Shown here in pieces: positions 49,501-58,588 of a stretch of 64,000 nucleotides of DNA (positions within the stretch are counted from its first letter, which is position 1; the number at the start of each line of letters is the position of its first letter). The translations under genes and the position numbers were made by a program. This DNA comes from Carcharhinus amblyrhynchos (lineage: Eukaryota). The notes beneath the pieces were generated by a model, which did no database searches, had not been told where the DNA came from, and saw only the letters and a list, made by a program, of their open reading frames with translations. Where the stretch lies: positions 57,164,001 through 57,228,000 of the forward strand of contig OZ336881.1 in the NCBI GenBank assembly GCA_965287045.1. The letters run 5' to 3'.

Positions 49501-52500
49501 CATCTGCAACTCAGCTGACCAACACAAGTCAAAATTCACTCTGTATTTTCATAGTTATATGAAGTTCCCCAACAGTGCATTTAGGGGGTTCCCCAATGAT
49601 GCGCTGGGGAACCCCTCTAGGAAGTTCCCACATAAGGGATTACCTGGCAATTATCCAGAAGCAGTAACTTTCCCTGGATAATTGCACTGAGCTGGGAATC
49701 ATCGGATGGAAGTGATTTAGATTTGTAACTTTGGATGTTTGTGTCAGCTTTATCCTGATAGTTACTGTGAAAGAGTTAAAAGGAATGAAATCAATTCCAT
49801 CTCCACAGTAACTATTCACACACCCAGATCCAGCCTTGTATGGGACACTCCACATACGACCACCCAGCGGATCCCCCACACCATACCACTCGAGATCCAA
49901 CCACCTCTCTTGGCCCGGTCCACCCCTTTCTCCCCTTCATGATCGAATATCGTACAAAAAAGGAACATTCCTTTCTTCCCTGCATCCCAATTAATCTTTA
50001 CTGATGCAGCTGGGGAATGGCGGTACACTTCACTGCTCCCGTCTCATCCAGCCTGAGTGAGGAAGGTTGAGTGAGACGGGGCTTTGCAATTTCATTGGCA
50101 TTTTTGAGGAAGTTATGAGCCAATGTTATGCTCAAATGAGACATCTGCTTCAGGGTCCAAGTGAAAAGATTTGGTTTGGGGTCCCTAAATATTTTACAAA
50201 ACAATGATACTAAATTCTGCCTACTTAATTTTGTTCAAATTCATGCATACACAATCACAAAAAAAACGTGCAATAAGTAATACAAAAATAGTAGACAAAA
50301 TGATCAGTTATTACAATCAGATAGTACTCAAGCACATATTTTATCTAAATCTCCAGTTGAAGTTATCAATCCTCATTTGCTGAGATATCAAAAAATCTTC
50401 CCTATGGGTTTATTTAAATTAAACGATAAAAATCTTACCTTGATACCCAAGATATAATTTCAATAAATAATGAAGTATGTTAATTCATTCCTGGACTGTG
50501 GGCTTCGCTGGCTAGGCCAACATTTGTTGCCCATCCCCAATTATCTCTGTGAAGGTGGTGGCTCACCACCTTCTTGAACTGCGATAGTCTGCATAGTGTA
50601 GGAACACCCAGAGTGTTGTAAGGAAAGAATCCAGCAACGTCGATAATGTTCCAAGTTAGGCTGGTTTGTGACTTGGAGGGGAACTTGCAGATGATGGTAT
50701 TCCCATGCATCTACTGCCCTTGTTTTTCTGGCATGTTTGGCAGGTGCCGTTGAAGGAGCCTTAGTGAGTTGCTGCAGTGCATCTTCTAAATGGTACACAC
50801 TGTGCCTTGATGGTGGAGGAAGTGAATATTGAAGGTGGTGCCAATCAAGTGGACTGCTTTGGCCTGAATGGGTGGAAGTTCTATTGTGTTCTTGGAGCTG
50901 CACTCATCATCCAGGCAAATGGAGAGTATTCCATCACATTTTTGACTTGTGCCTTGTAGATGTGGACAGACTTTGTGGAGTCAGGAAGGGAAGTTACCCT
51001 CCACAGCCTCCCAGCCTCTGACCTGCTCTTGGATCCACAGTATTTATATGGCTGGCTCAGTTCAGTTTCTGAACCCAGAGGATACTGGTAATAATATTCC
51101 CTAGTTTTACCCCGAAGCTGTTTTGTTGACTATCGCAACTTAACTAATAACATACTCAGTTTATATTTTTAATTTTGAGTGCTGATAACTGACTGGCATC
51201 ATGCAGGAAGTAGTTCCAATTCTAGTCATTTGAGTTTTCAATTTGGGCCAATTTAGGAAATTCTCTCCTCTTACAATATTCGCCTTCCTCCATTTCAATC
51301 GCTTTATAGAAAATCCTCACATTCATACAACATTAAGGGCTGTGTTTCAAGTTTATTATATCACTAGACAATTGTACTGGGACACGAACTCTCAGTTTCT
51401 GATGTGGGACTTGTGGCTGTACTGCCATCTCTGGCAACTAGTCACCCACACCCAAAATTCGTCAGCTTTGACTTATAAATAAATAAATATGGTTCGATAT
51501 TTCTATGTGGAGATCATTGGTTCAGTCTTTGATCCAGTCCAAGTTAGCAAGTCTCAGTCAAACACAAAGGGACCAAAAATTGGCATTCCCAGGCTACACA
51601 ACTTATTTAAATTGCTAGGTTTCTTAATCCCTGTTGCTATTTAATGACTTCTGCAGACCGTTTAGGCATGTGAACATCCAGTGAAGCCAGGATCTGGTTC
51701 AACCATGATCATCTCCATTGCAGATTAATTAGATTCACCAAAGGCAAATCTAAATGATAGAAAAGCTTCAATTCCACTTTTAACAATCTGCTCATCCTAT
51801 ATTTCTAATAATTTGTTTAAATTCATGACATTGTACTGAAAATACAGCAGAACAAGCAGCAAGCAATACCTTGCACATCAAAAATATCCAAACATACCTT
51901 GAATACCTTAATATGTATACACTTACTGACCTGTTTGGGAGATGTCCTTTGACCACCGTGAGACCTCATGTGGCCATTAAGGGCAGGTAGACTCTTGAAT
52001 TCTTTGTGACACATTGTACACATCAGTCTGTTCTTGACATCTGCCCTTTCCTGGAATGGAAGTCTACTTTGGCCACTGTTTGGAGACACAGCGTCCATTA
52101 ACAACTTTACCTAGCCATAAGCAGTTATATTAAAAAAACATACCAGTACCAAGTGACACATGGCTCTGATTTCATAGAATCATACAGTGCAGAAGCAGGC
52201 CATTTGGCCCATCGAGTTTGTGCCGACTCTGAAAGAGCATCCTACCTAGACCCTATCCTTGTACCCCCAGCTAATCACCCTCACCTGCAAAATTTGGGAC
52301 TTTAGCGTGGCCATTCAACCTAATCTGCACATCTTTGGATTTCCTTCGGTTGTTCATACTGAATTCTAATTTGGAACAAAATATGATTTGCCATTTTAAT
52401 GCTAGTTAATTTTATGACCAAATAAGACTCTTTATTGCATATTCAAACAGCATATATTTGAATAGATTACTTTTTATGGCCCTCGACAGCAATATTTCAA

Positions 52501-54203
52501 CGATGGAAATAAAAGTGATTTGTTACTTGCGTCAGTAACTGTCTTTTGCAAAGGCAGATGATCAGTACATGCCACTTTGCATTTTATTTATGACTGTGTA
52601 GCTAATGAAAAGCTGTGCAATCATAAATACTTCTGCCAGGAAAACTTTCCATCAAACATTTGGTGTCATGCTTTACATGCAAATTTCTTTTAGCAGAATG
52701 GCTCAAATTTCACATTGGTAAAACACCCTGGAGATAGGAATGAAGCTGGTAGAACTCAGAAAAATTAAGTGAAAGTCATCAAATCACATCTACATAGCAA
52801 AACCTTTGAACTCTTCCTGATTTTATCACTGCTGGGTAAAACAGTTATATTAAAGGAATTTGTTGACAGTTTGCATGTATAACAAAAAGAATCGTAATGT
52901 TTCTAAATTATTCACTAAGTGGTTATAGTAGCTGCTTGAACTTAGTTGTTTATACTGAAAAACCAAATAATTGTTCATATAAAAAGTAGTAGCAACTTTT
53001 GGAAGGGATGTATTATTCGAATTTGGAAGGATGTTTGGAATAGATACCTGCAAATTTTAATTAATAGAGGCAACTTGCCTGGGAGAGTTGAGAGGTGAAA
53101 GGGGTAAAAGGTGCTATATGCACACATTTACAGTCAGAGATCACACTGAAGTAGATTTAGAAGTAAATATTTTTAGAAATTTGCTTTAGGAGATAGATAA
53201 GGACTGGACTTCTCAGTTGTTAAACTTGAAAGGGAGTAAGGAATTTTTATAACTTGCAAACATTTCATAAATAAAGAGGAGAAGGTTATTAAATTTTATT
53301 TAACCCAAAAGTGGAGGCAATTAGAAAACATGAAAGATTTTTGCAGTTTGGAAAATTGGAATTCAAAGATGGGTGCTGCGGACACAGAATTGAAGATGAA
53401 GGGAAAAAAAGGATACTTAAGGAAAGGTATTGAGCTGAATTGTGTTGGCCTTTGGGAATACAAAAGGGAGAATAAAAACATGCATCCCAAATTACACCAT
53501 CTCAACTGCTACCTTATCATGCACCAAATTAGCAAACTAAATTGACAAGTGTATGCTCATCTATTTAAATATATGAAAATTGAATGAAGTTTAGCATTTA
53601 AAGGAACAAATAGCAAACCACAGCTCGAGGGTATAACAGGCAGTGTAACCGACCTAACAGCAGGACCTGTGACATCCTTTTATAGTGAACCAATTTTTTA
53701 ATCCTATTATAATTCATTACAGATCCAAAGCACTTATAAAATCACAGCATGAAAATGAGTTCAGGAATGAAAAGCAAAGCCACCAGTGCAGTAAGGGGCC
53801 ATGGAAGAATACAAACTAAATCTGGAACAAGACAGTGTGGAGAAGCTTTTGAGGGAGATCTCACAATTCAAAATTTCATAAAACTAAGGAAGTGAAAAAA
53901 CAAACAAACCACTGAAATAAACAAAATGCCTCAACTTTTAAGAAACACAGGCTTCCCCCCCCTTTATACTGTACTTTACATGCAGTGAGGTTTTCAAATG
54001 GTTTTTTGATTGAGCACATCTAATGCAAACTTTAACTGATAGTGTGCCGAATATGACCAACACAAGTTCCAGAATTCCAATGCTTTTCAAAATCTAGAGT
54101 TTTCTATCGTGTTAACAATATAGCTCCTTACTTATTGGGATAAAGTGGGTCAGTACCTGAGTTCAACAGAAGGTTCCGATGGCTTGACGTCAGTCAGAGA
54201 AAT
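7198..54203 (-). CDS. TRERF1: TRERF1 (transcriptional-regulating factor 1), 5'-partial spliced CDS of 13 exons, 681 aa in window
   Basis: Thirteen GT-AG exons join in phase (2046 nt, ending TAA at 7200-7198). Peptides match TRERF1: [60 protein letters not shown]2, [59 protein letters not shown]. Confidence 0.96.
7633..7835 (-). CDS. TRERF1: TRERF1 exon, 203 nt ([17 protein letters not shown]...[21 protein letters not shown])
   Basis: Completes finger 2 and starts finger 3; acceptor ttcttttaag, donor gtaagt. Confidence 0.95.
8830..8844 (+). promoter_or_regulatory. Candidate CTCF site
   Basis: CCAGCAGATGGCATC matches the CCASYAGRKGGCR core; motif match only. Confidence 0.3.
9795..10610 (-). 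mobile_element. CR1-type LINE 3' fragment
   Basis: Reverse-complement tail (catagaatc...ggaggccatctggccc) followed by decayed RT C-terminus. Confidence 0.75.
10978..11140 (+). mobile_element. HE1/V-SINE 3' half
   Basis: gtgtaggttagatggattagccat...gtagactcgatggg...ccttctgcactggagggattccatga tail. Confidence 0.75.
11206..11376 (-). CDS. TRERF1: TRERF1 exon, 171 nt, acidic tract and start of second zinc finger ([18 protein letters not shown]...[10 protein letters not shown])
   Basis: Acceptor ttttgttctgtag, donor gtaagt; phase 0-0. Confidence 0.94.
11592..12290 (+). mobile_element. Old non-autonomous DNA-transposon-like repeat (homologous to 54370-54600 on the minus strand)
   Basis: 11780-11870 aligns by eye with the reverse complement of 54400-54490 (tggaatt.tccaggaagttt.aactt); begins gagcagaattt. 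Confidence 0.5.
15290..17480 (-). mobile_element. Decayed CR1/Zenon-like LINE (family Z) with tRNA-like 5' head, interrupted by a V-SINE
   Basis: [30 protein letters not shown] (RT C-term), [24 protein letters not shown] (APE-like endonuclease), head at ~17200-17480. Confidence 0.75.
16351..16662 (+). mobile_element. HE1/V-SINE, near full length, HER1-type tail
   Basis: tRNA head (tggcacagtgg; ggttcaattc), V-domain tgtgtggagtttgcatgttctccctgtgtctgcgtgggtttcctcc, tail ...tgtaggaattctatgattctat. Confidence 0.9.
17781..17894 (-). CDS. TRERF1: TRERF1 exon, 114 nt, SANT end ([38 protein letters not shown])
   Basis: [15 protein letters not shown] motif; acceptor taatacag, donor gtaagt. Confidence 0.96.
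19244..19332 (-). CDS. TRERF1: TRERF1 exon, 89 nt, SANT domain ([30 protein letters not shown])
   Basis: SANT WTxxExxLF..KDF motif; acceptor atttcatag, donor gtaaga. Confidence 0.95.
19890..20054 (-). mobile_element. Penelope-like foldback insertion (family A) with hammerhead core and 12-bp TSD
   Basis: TSD gtctaccaacta at 19877-19888 and 20055-20066; minus strand CTGATGA-aggagcaacactgt-GAAAGCTT. Confidence 0.7.
20390..21460 (-). mobile_element. CR1-type LINE RT fragment
   Basis: Reverse-complement RT motifs (caatactccagttg, tttgtgtcatctgaa, ttattaaatacctct). Confidence 0.75.
22431..22740 (+). mobile_element. V-SINE with an alternative (non-HER1) 3' tail
   Basis: Same tRNA head (ggttcgattccc) and V-domain as the 16351 copy; tail ...ttcattgcagtgttaatgtaagactacttgtgactaataa... 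Confidence 0.88.
25215..25445 (+). mobile_element. CR1-type LINE fragment preceded by a short (GAT)n run
   Basis: [27 protein letters not shown]-like coding. Confidence 0.8.
26993..27164 (-). mobile_element. Penelope-like foldback insertion (family A) with hammerhead core and 12-bp TSD
   Basis: TSD tagtctataagt at 26981-26992 and 27165-27176; ~50-bp inverted arms; minus strand CTGATGA-aggaactgtactct-GAAAGCTC. Confidence 0.78.
27650..27886 (-). mobile_element. HE1/V-SINE, internally deleted
   Basis: gagcacccggaggaaacctacgcagac and tgtgaagcagcagtgctaatcact. Confidence 0.8.
28047..28122 (-). CDS. TRERF1: TRERF1 exon, 76 nt ([25 protein letters not shown])
   Basis: HPLAxYHYxG motif; acceptor tttttatgctag, donor gtatgt. 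Confidence 0.95.
29634..29737 (-). CDS. TRERF1: TRERF1 exon, 104 nt, ELM2 ([35 protein letters not shown])
   Basis: PGGGTNxExALH motif; acceptor ttttttatag, donor gtaagc. Confidence 0.95.
29945..30150 (-). mobile_element. V-SINE head and V-domain
   Basis: ggaatcgaacccaggtccctggtgc...gcagcagtgctaatcactgcgccacc. Confidence 0.88.
30600..31625 (+). mobile_element. Possible solo LTR (5' boundary undefined)
   Basis: CCAAT/GATA-rich block, short hairpin ~31496-31530, AATAAA ~31553, ends ...ggttcaaca. TG start and TSD not found. Confidence 0.3.
32503..32834 (-). mobile_element. HE1/V-SINE
   Basis: Tail acctacagtgcagtagga, V-domain and head gtgctaaccactgtgc. Confidence 0.85.
33029..33092. repeat. 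32-bp tandem duplication
   Basis: gattttaaaaatgcatctgggtggaagaa[a/t]ga x2. Confidence 0.95.
33585..33724 (-). CDS. TRERF1: TRERF1 exon, 140 nt, ELM2 start ([46 protein letters not shown])
   Basis: ELM2 motif RIxxGxxFQAxIP...LVWxP; acceptor ttttgctag, donor gtatgg. Confidence 0.95.
34190..35135 (+). mobile_element. L2-type LINE 3' fragments
   Basis: [23 protein letters not shown] resembles L2 TPVLxxLHWLPVxxRIxFKI; TAYFHL.NI motif near 34463. Confidence 0.75.
36641..36973 (+). mobile_element. tRNA-headed SINE sharing head and tail with family Z LINE
   Basis: B-box ggttcaaatc 36711-36720; tail caataaatgttggcctagccagcaaggcccacatccca...aaaaa. Confidence 0.8.
37808..37950 (-). mobile_element. 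HE1/V-SINE 3' fragment
   Basis: catagatcatagaaccctacagtgcagaaggaggccatttggccc. Confidence 0.8.
39155..39215 (-). CDS. TRERF1: TRERF1 exon, 61 nt ([21 protein letters not shown])
   Basis: Acceptor tgttttcag, donor gtaagt; phase 1 to 2 fits both neighbours. Confidence 0.94.
39410..39960 (-). mobile_element. CR1-type LINE 3' fragment
   Basis: LYRALV.HH.EHCVQF and [17 protein letters not shown]. Confidence 0.8.
40611..40974 (-). CDS. TRERF1: TRERF1 exon, 364 nt (EIVRKCH...[16 protein letters not shown]...[42 protein letters not shown]...RILLGRA)
   Basis: Family-diagnostic RPEPLxIP and [10 protein letters not shown] motifs; acceptor cttcttag, donor gtgagt. Confidence 0.95.
41383..41397 (-). CDS. 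TRERF1: Candidate 15-nt alternative microexon of TRERF1 (VLWRD)
   Basis: ctgctgctaacag|GTCCTTTGGAGGGAT|gtgcgt in a phase-0 intron; two TGCATG motifs downstream. No transcript evidence available. Confidence 0.5.
42285..43125 (-). mobile_element. Family Z LINE 3' fragment
   Basis: [28 protein letters not shown]; 3' tail at ~42290-42370. Confidence 0.85.
43970..44330 (-). mobile_element. tRNA-headed SINE sharing head and tail with family Z LINE
   Basis: Tail cagcattcattgcccatcccaaattgctcttg joined directly to the head block ending ...gtgggattagaatc...tgtgccaccat. Confidence 0.72.
44543..45322. mobile_element. MITE-like element with 16-bp terminal inverted repeats
   Basis: cagaggaattctccca (44543-44558) vs reverse complement gagcggaattctccca (45307-45322), 14/16; GC-richer non-coding interior. 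Confidence 0.6.
46316..46537 (-). CDS. TRERF1: TRERF1 exon, 222 nt ([26 protein letters not shown]...[30 protein letters not shown]); possible 45-nt longer form from 46582
   Basis: MPVSVPVK and SDDEMPVL motifs; acceptor tctgtacag, donor TCT|gtgagt; phase 0-0. Confidence 0.88.
47870..48930 (-). mobile_element. CR1-type LINE fragment
   Basis: Tail ggccattcagccc, caatactccagttgaggtc, tgtggcactttgccaaacatctttt (reverse of KxFxKVPH). Confidence 0.78.
50480..51075 (-). mobile_element. Family Z LINE 3' fragment
   Basis: Tail gctggctaggccaacatttgttgcccatccc; gagagtattccatcaca. Confidence 0.85.
51931..52075 (-). CDS. TRERF1: TRERF1 exon, 145 nt, first C2H2 zinc finger ([48 protein letters not shown])
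   Basis: CxxC..HxxxH finger; acceptor ccaaacag (52078-52076), donor CAG|gtcagt. Confidence 0.92.
52170..52340 (-). mobile_element. HE1/V-SINE 3' fragment
   Basis: catagaatcatacagtgcagaagcaggccatttggcccatcgag. Confidence 0.8.
54157..54203 (-). CDS. TRERF1: TRERF1 exon, 47 nt ([15 protein letters not shown]+AG)
   Basis: Acceptor tttctcttccag, donor CAG|gtactg; phase 0 to 2 fits the next exon (AG+T=Ser); size fits the short exon recalled in mammalian TRERF1. Confidence 0.78.
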
Positions 54204-54749
54204 CTGGAAGAGAAATATACAACAGATATTTCCAATAGCTTCAGAATATTAATTTCTAAACAATGCAACGTCCTCAGCTTTGGACAATAAATCAGAGTAT
54301 TGTCTGAGGAGCAACAATCACCATCGGACTGCAGTTCCATTCTGCATTTTTGGCTGGGTCTTCGTGATCAAAAAACCTTTGCTGAGGGGGTCCTGGGGAG
54401 AAGCAGAATTCTCCATCGCAAGTTCAAACTTCCTGGAAAATTCCAACGGAGTCCATGTGTCGCGACCCCTGCAGGTTCCCAAAGTGCATCTTGCGGGGGT
54501 ACACCCAGTTTCCAACTATCCTGAAGCAGGAAAATCTGAGTCATTACTTTACCACAAGGGAACAAATGTAGCTCCCGGTGTTCAGTAAGGAATTTTGTCT
54601 AAGTGGTGGACATTTTTTATTTCATCACTTGCTCATGTTCTGTATGGGTACCTTCCCACCAAAGAACATGCCCATTTTCAGTCCAGCTCTGCCCACTGGG
54701 ACATTATTAGAGTCCAGTTGTTTCACTAAAATAAAAATTTGAACAAGTT

Positions 54750-55130
54750 AATGGGCCATTGCTCAGTATAAATATGACATTCAGATGTGGGAGATGCAAG
54801 GTTCAATCCTCAGGCTATGCTGAGTTAGTTAACCTCACTTTGGGGTGGCAGGTGGGACAATGACAAATGTTCCCAAAACTTCTGGAACAGGGAGAAGGTC
54901 ATAAAGAATTGTCACTCTCCATTTCTGTCCAGTGGTCCCTATCAAATGTCTGTGCATTTTATCTAAGGTTAACAGGATAGAATGATTTCATCCCAGTTTT
55001 GCCACCCAATCTCTGCTAGCACAAAAAAACCCCACAAACACTCAAGTGGCCAGGCTTATCCATCAAGAACAGACATATGTGCAGGGTACTGGACCTGCAC
55101 CATATCATGTGCCTTGTGCTTTTAAAGGGC
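54750..55130 (+). mobile_element. Old tRNA-SINE-like repeat (related relics ~13340-13650, 23480-23660, 51520-51750)
   Basis: B-box-like ggttcaatcc followed by tgctgagttagttaacctca; family unassigned. Confidence 0.45.
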
Positions 55131-55529
55131 AAGTAAATAAATTGGAAGAAAAGCACTGAAAATATTTCCTTTTAATCACAGGAAAAAGTTAATTCACATT
55201 ACCTTTAAAAGGTGTGTAGTTGCCAAAACAGATGTCAGAATTTCCATTATGGGGAGTTTTTATATGAACAGCGCAAGTTTGGTTGTTGAGGATCAGGCAA
55301 ATGTTTAAGATAGAAATAGAAATAAAGATCCAAAAGTAGATGTGGGTATTGAAATAGGTAAGAAATATGTACAGAAAGATAGAAATTTAAAGTAATGTAC
55401 TGAAATAATCAAAATATGTAATGTATATATTACACGTAAACAACTTGAAATATATCATCTGCAGTTGTGTAAAAACAAAATAAAATCAAAACATGAATTA
55501 ACTATTTTGAGAGTTAGTGAACTGCAAAA

Positions 55530-56270
55530 CATTTTTAGCCTTGGACTGATGTGGCAAGTAACATTTGTGCTGGACAAATGCTAGGCAATGAACATCTCCA
55601 ACAACAGAGAATATCTAACGATCGCCCCTCGGCAGTTAATGGCATTACCATCACCAAATCTTCCACTAACAACATCCTGGGGTTATTATTGACAAGGAAC
55701 TGAAATGAACTAACTATTTAAATACGGTGGCATGGGAGCAACTCACCTCCTGACTCCCCAGAACTGTCCATTATCTACAAGACACAATTCAGGAGTTGGA
55801 TGGAATACTTTCCACTTGCCTGGATGGGTGCAGCTCCAGCATTCAAGAATCTCAATACCGTCCAGGTCAAAGCAACCTACCTGACTGGCATTCCATTCAG
55901 CACTGAAGAATTTACTCTCTCCACCACCCATGCACAATGACAACAGTGTGTACCATCTAAAAGATGCAATGCAGCAACTCATCATGGCACCTCTGACAGC
56001 AGCATCCATATCTGCAACCTCTACCACCTATAAGGGCAGCAAATACATGGGAACAAGTTCTCTTCCATGCCACACAATCCTGACTGGAAATATATCACCA
56101 TTTCTTCACTGGCGCTAGGTCAAAACACACAGTTGGGGTAGAGGGTACCTGCACCACATGGAGTGCAGCAGTTCAAGAAGGCAGCTCATCACCATCTTCA
56201 AGGTCAATTAAGGATGAGCAACAAATGCTGGCCTAGCCATTGGTGCCCACATCCCATGAAAGAATAAAAA
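55530..56270 (+). mobile_element. Family Z LINE 3' fragment
   Basis: NILGVIID, EYFPLAWMGAAP-like coding; tail aaatgctggcctagcc...cccacatcccatgaaagaataaaaa. Confidence 0.88.
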
Positions 56271-57083
56271 ACATCACCACCAAGCAAAATCTAGCAACTT
56301 ACCTGAGTGGTGAAGTTCCAGAATTCAACTTCCACAGAAAATCTGGACAACCCTTAGCTGCTTGAAGACAGACCAGGGAAGATACGGTCACTTGTTCTGC
56401 AGGAACAGCTCAAACTGTGACTCTGATCATCCAAGTCAGATCATCGGCCATATACTGAACTTCTTCCCTGAGATCTCCATTGCTGGTGGCTCTACAACCA
56501 TTTGCACTCCATCAGCTGAAGCCGTTGATGTTGAATCAAAATGATCAATTCAAGTTCTAACAACTTCCTTAGCTATATGAACAAAAAAATCTGATTCAAT
56601 CTCTGTTTCTGATTAATTCGATGAAAGAAAACACCTTTTATAGCACCTCCCAGCCAAAAATATTGGACATTGTTCCAATCTCCAAATGGATGGTGGAATG
56701 CAGGAGGAAAACAGAAAAGGGTTTTGATACAGCTAAATGTTTCCAGGCATTAAACCAGATTTGACAACTTGAGTGAAAAAAGTTGCTCAAGTCAGGGATA
56801 AGAACGCAAATAACCACAATCCACCCTGGATCAGTTGTAGCTGTAAGATATATTGATAACGGTGACAGAAAATGATATCAAGACCATTCTTTCGTCCTAC
56901 GCACCGGGTGGGAAAAAGTGTAAGTAGTAAAATGGTTTTAGGAAAAGGACAGAGGAGACAAATGTGGAACGAGGGATGTGGACAGAGTTTGAGATGGCCA
57001 ACTCAAGTGATTGGCTTATTTCTCAAAGCTTCAAAACAAAAGACCTAAAGTTCATTTGAAATTCTATTTTTTTTGGTAAGTCA

Positions 57084-57424
57084 TAGATCATAGAACCCTA
57101 CAGTGCAGAAACAGGCCCTTCGGCCCATCGCGTCTGCACCGACTACAATCCCAGCCAGGCCCTATCCTCATGTCCCTACACATTTACCCACTAATCCCTC
57201 TAACCTACACACCCCAGGACACTAAGGGACAATTTTAGCCTGGCCAATCAACCTAACCCGCACATTTTTGGACTGTGGGAGGAAACCGAGTGCCTGGAGG
57301 AAACCCACGCAGACACAAGGAGAATGTGCAAACTCCACACAGACAGTGACCTGGGCCGGGAATTGAACCCAGGACCCTGGAGCTGTGAAGCAGCAGTGCT
57401 AACCACTGTGCTACCGTGCCGCCC
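57084..57424 (-). mobile_element. HE1/V-SINE, full length and relatively young
   Basis: Intact head (gggcggcacggtagcacagtggttagcactgc on minus), V-domain, HER1-type tail; possible agtca TSD. Confidence 0.92.
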
Positions 57425-58588
57425 AGTCACTGTTAGTTTAGCCTGTACCTTATTTGATACAAGTCCAAAACATGGGCTTGTAAAGAGAAACACGACTCTC
57501 TTCATTAGTAACTATGACAACATAGACTCCAGTCCTAGGAAGAAGTGTGCCACAGAGCAATCAAATTCTCTGCAATGCTTGCTTTTCAATAGTTAGTGTT
57601 AAATTATCGCAAACATGATAAATGTTGACACAAGGCACTTATCACAGCACTGGGGCTTTTGTCTTAAGGGGAAAATGGAGGAAAGGCAAATACATGTGTG
57701 ATACATGTGTGCCAATTCAAGGTCACAATAAACATTTAAGTTGCAACTATGAATAGTTACATCAATTTCGGAAAATGACTTTTTGAAAAAAAAATCCTGT
57801 AGGTGCAATGTTCTGCTCCTGTTGTTGAATTATTATTGCCAGGCAATAATACAATTTTCTATTACAAAAATCAGAAGCCAGACACTGTAGCCTGTAACAA
57901 ATATCCAATTGCCCGTGTAACAAAATGTTTAACCCCCTCAATTTGTGGGGTTGGCTTTGAGTGCTTCTTTCTCCAGGAACTTCAAACAGTGAAATGAATT
58001 GCTTAGAGAGTAAATTCAGCTGACTAGAAATGTTGACACAAACTGGTTTTGACAACCAGCCTGAATAACAACCAACAACTTGAGCAACTGGACAGTTTTG
58101 TCCAGAACAAATGACTGCACAACTGTCAAATGCCAATCCATCCCCATGTTAAGGTGACATGAGTTAGCGCAAGAATTGCAAAGCCCCTCTTCCTGTCTAC
58201 TGCTTTGTATGTACCAAGTGAAAATTTCCCCAACTTGTATCTTAATACTTAACATTAAATAGGCAATTTGAAGATCCATCTACAACTCTCGTTGGTCCTG
58301 CTGCTTCTGTCATCTGTTTCCTACTTATAGCTCACGTATACCTGCTGCAGATAAAACATACCCCTGTAGGCTTTAAGATGCATCAAATTTTAGTTGAGGT
58401 AATTTCAAATAATTCGCTGTTGCAAGTGCTCTGCACAACAGCAATTTCATAAGCTGTCTGTCGAACTGTATACACACACATTCCACTAAATTTTCACTCA
58501 GGGTGTCACACAAAATAGGTGGTGTTAAAAAGGAGTCACAAGAAAAACTTTGGGAAATACAATTTTAATAACTAAAGTGTAGACTTTT

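Noticed and set aside
52076-52113. Upstream acceptor at 52110 extending the zinc-finger exon
   Set aside because: It is phase 0 but the preceding 47-nt exon ends in phase 2; the CAG at 52078-52076 fits.
7198-54203. Paralogues ZNF541 or MIDEAS/ELMSAN1
   Set aside because: [40 protein letters not shown] and the RQQEEQQR...DTDLLLD tail match TRERF1 specifically.
16351-57424. tRNA genes
   Set aside because: All A/B-box sequences are SINE or LINE heads followed by repeat bodies; none forms a full cloverleaf.
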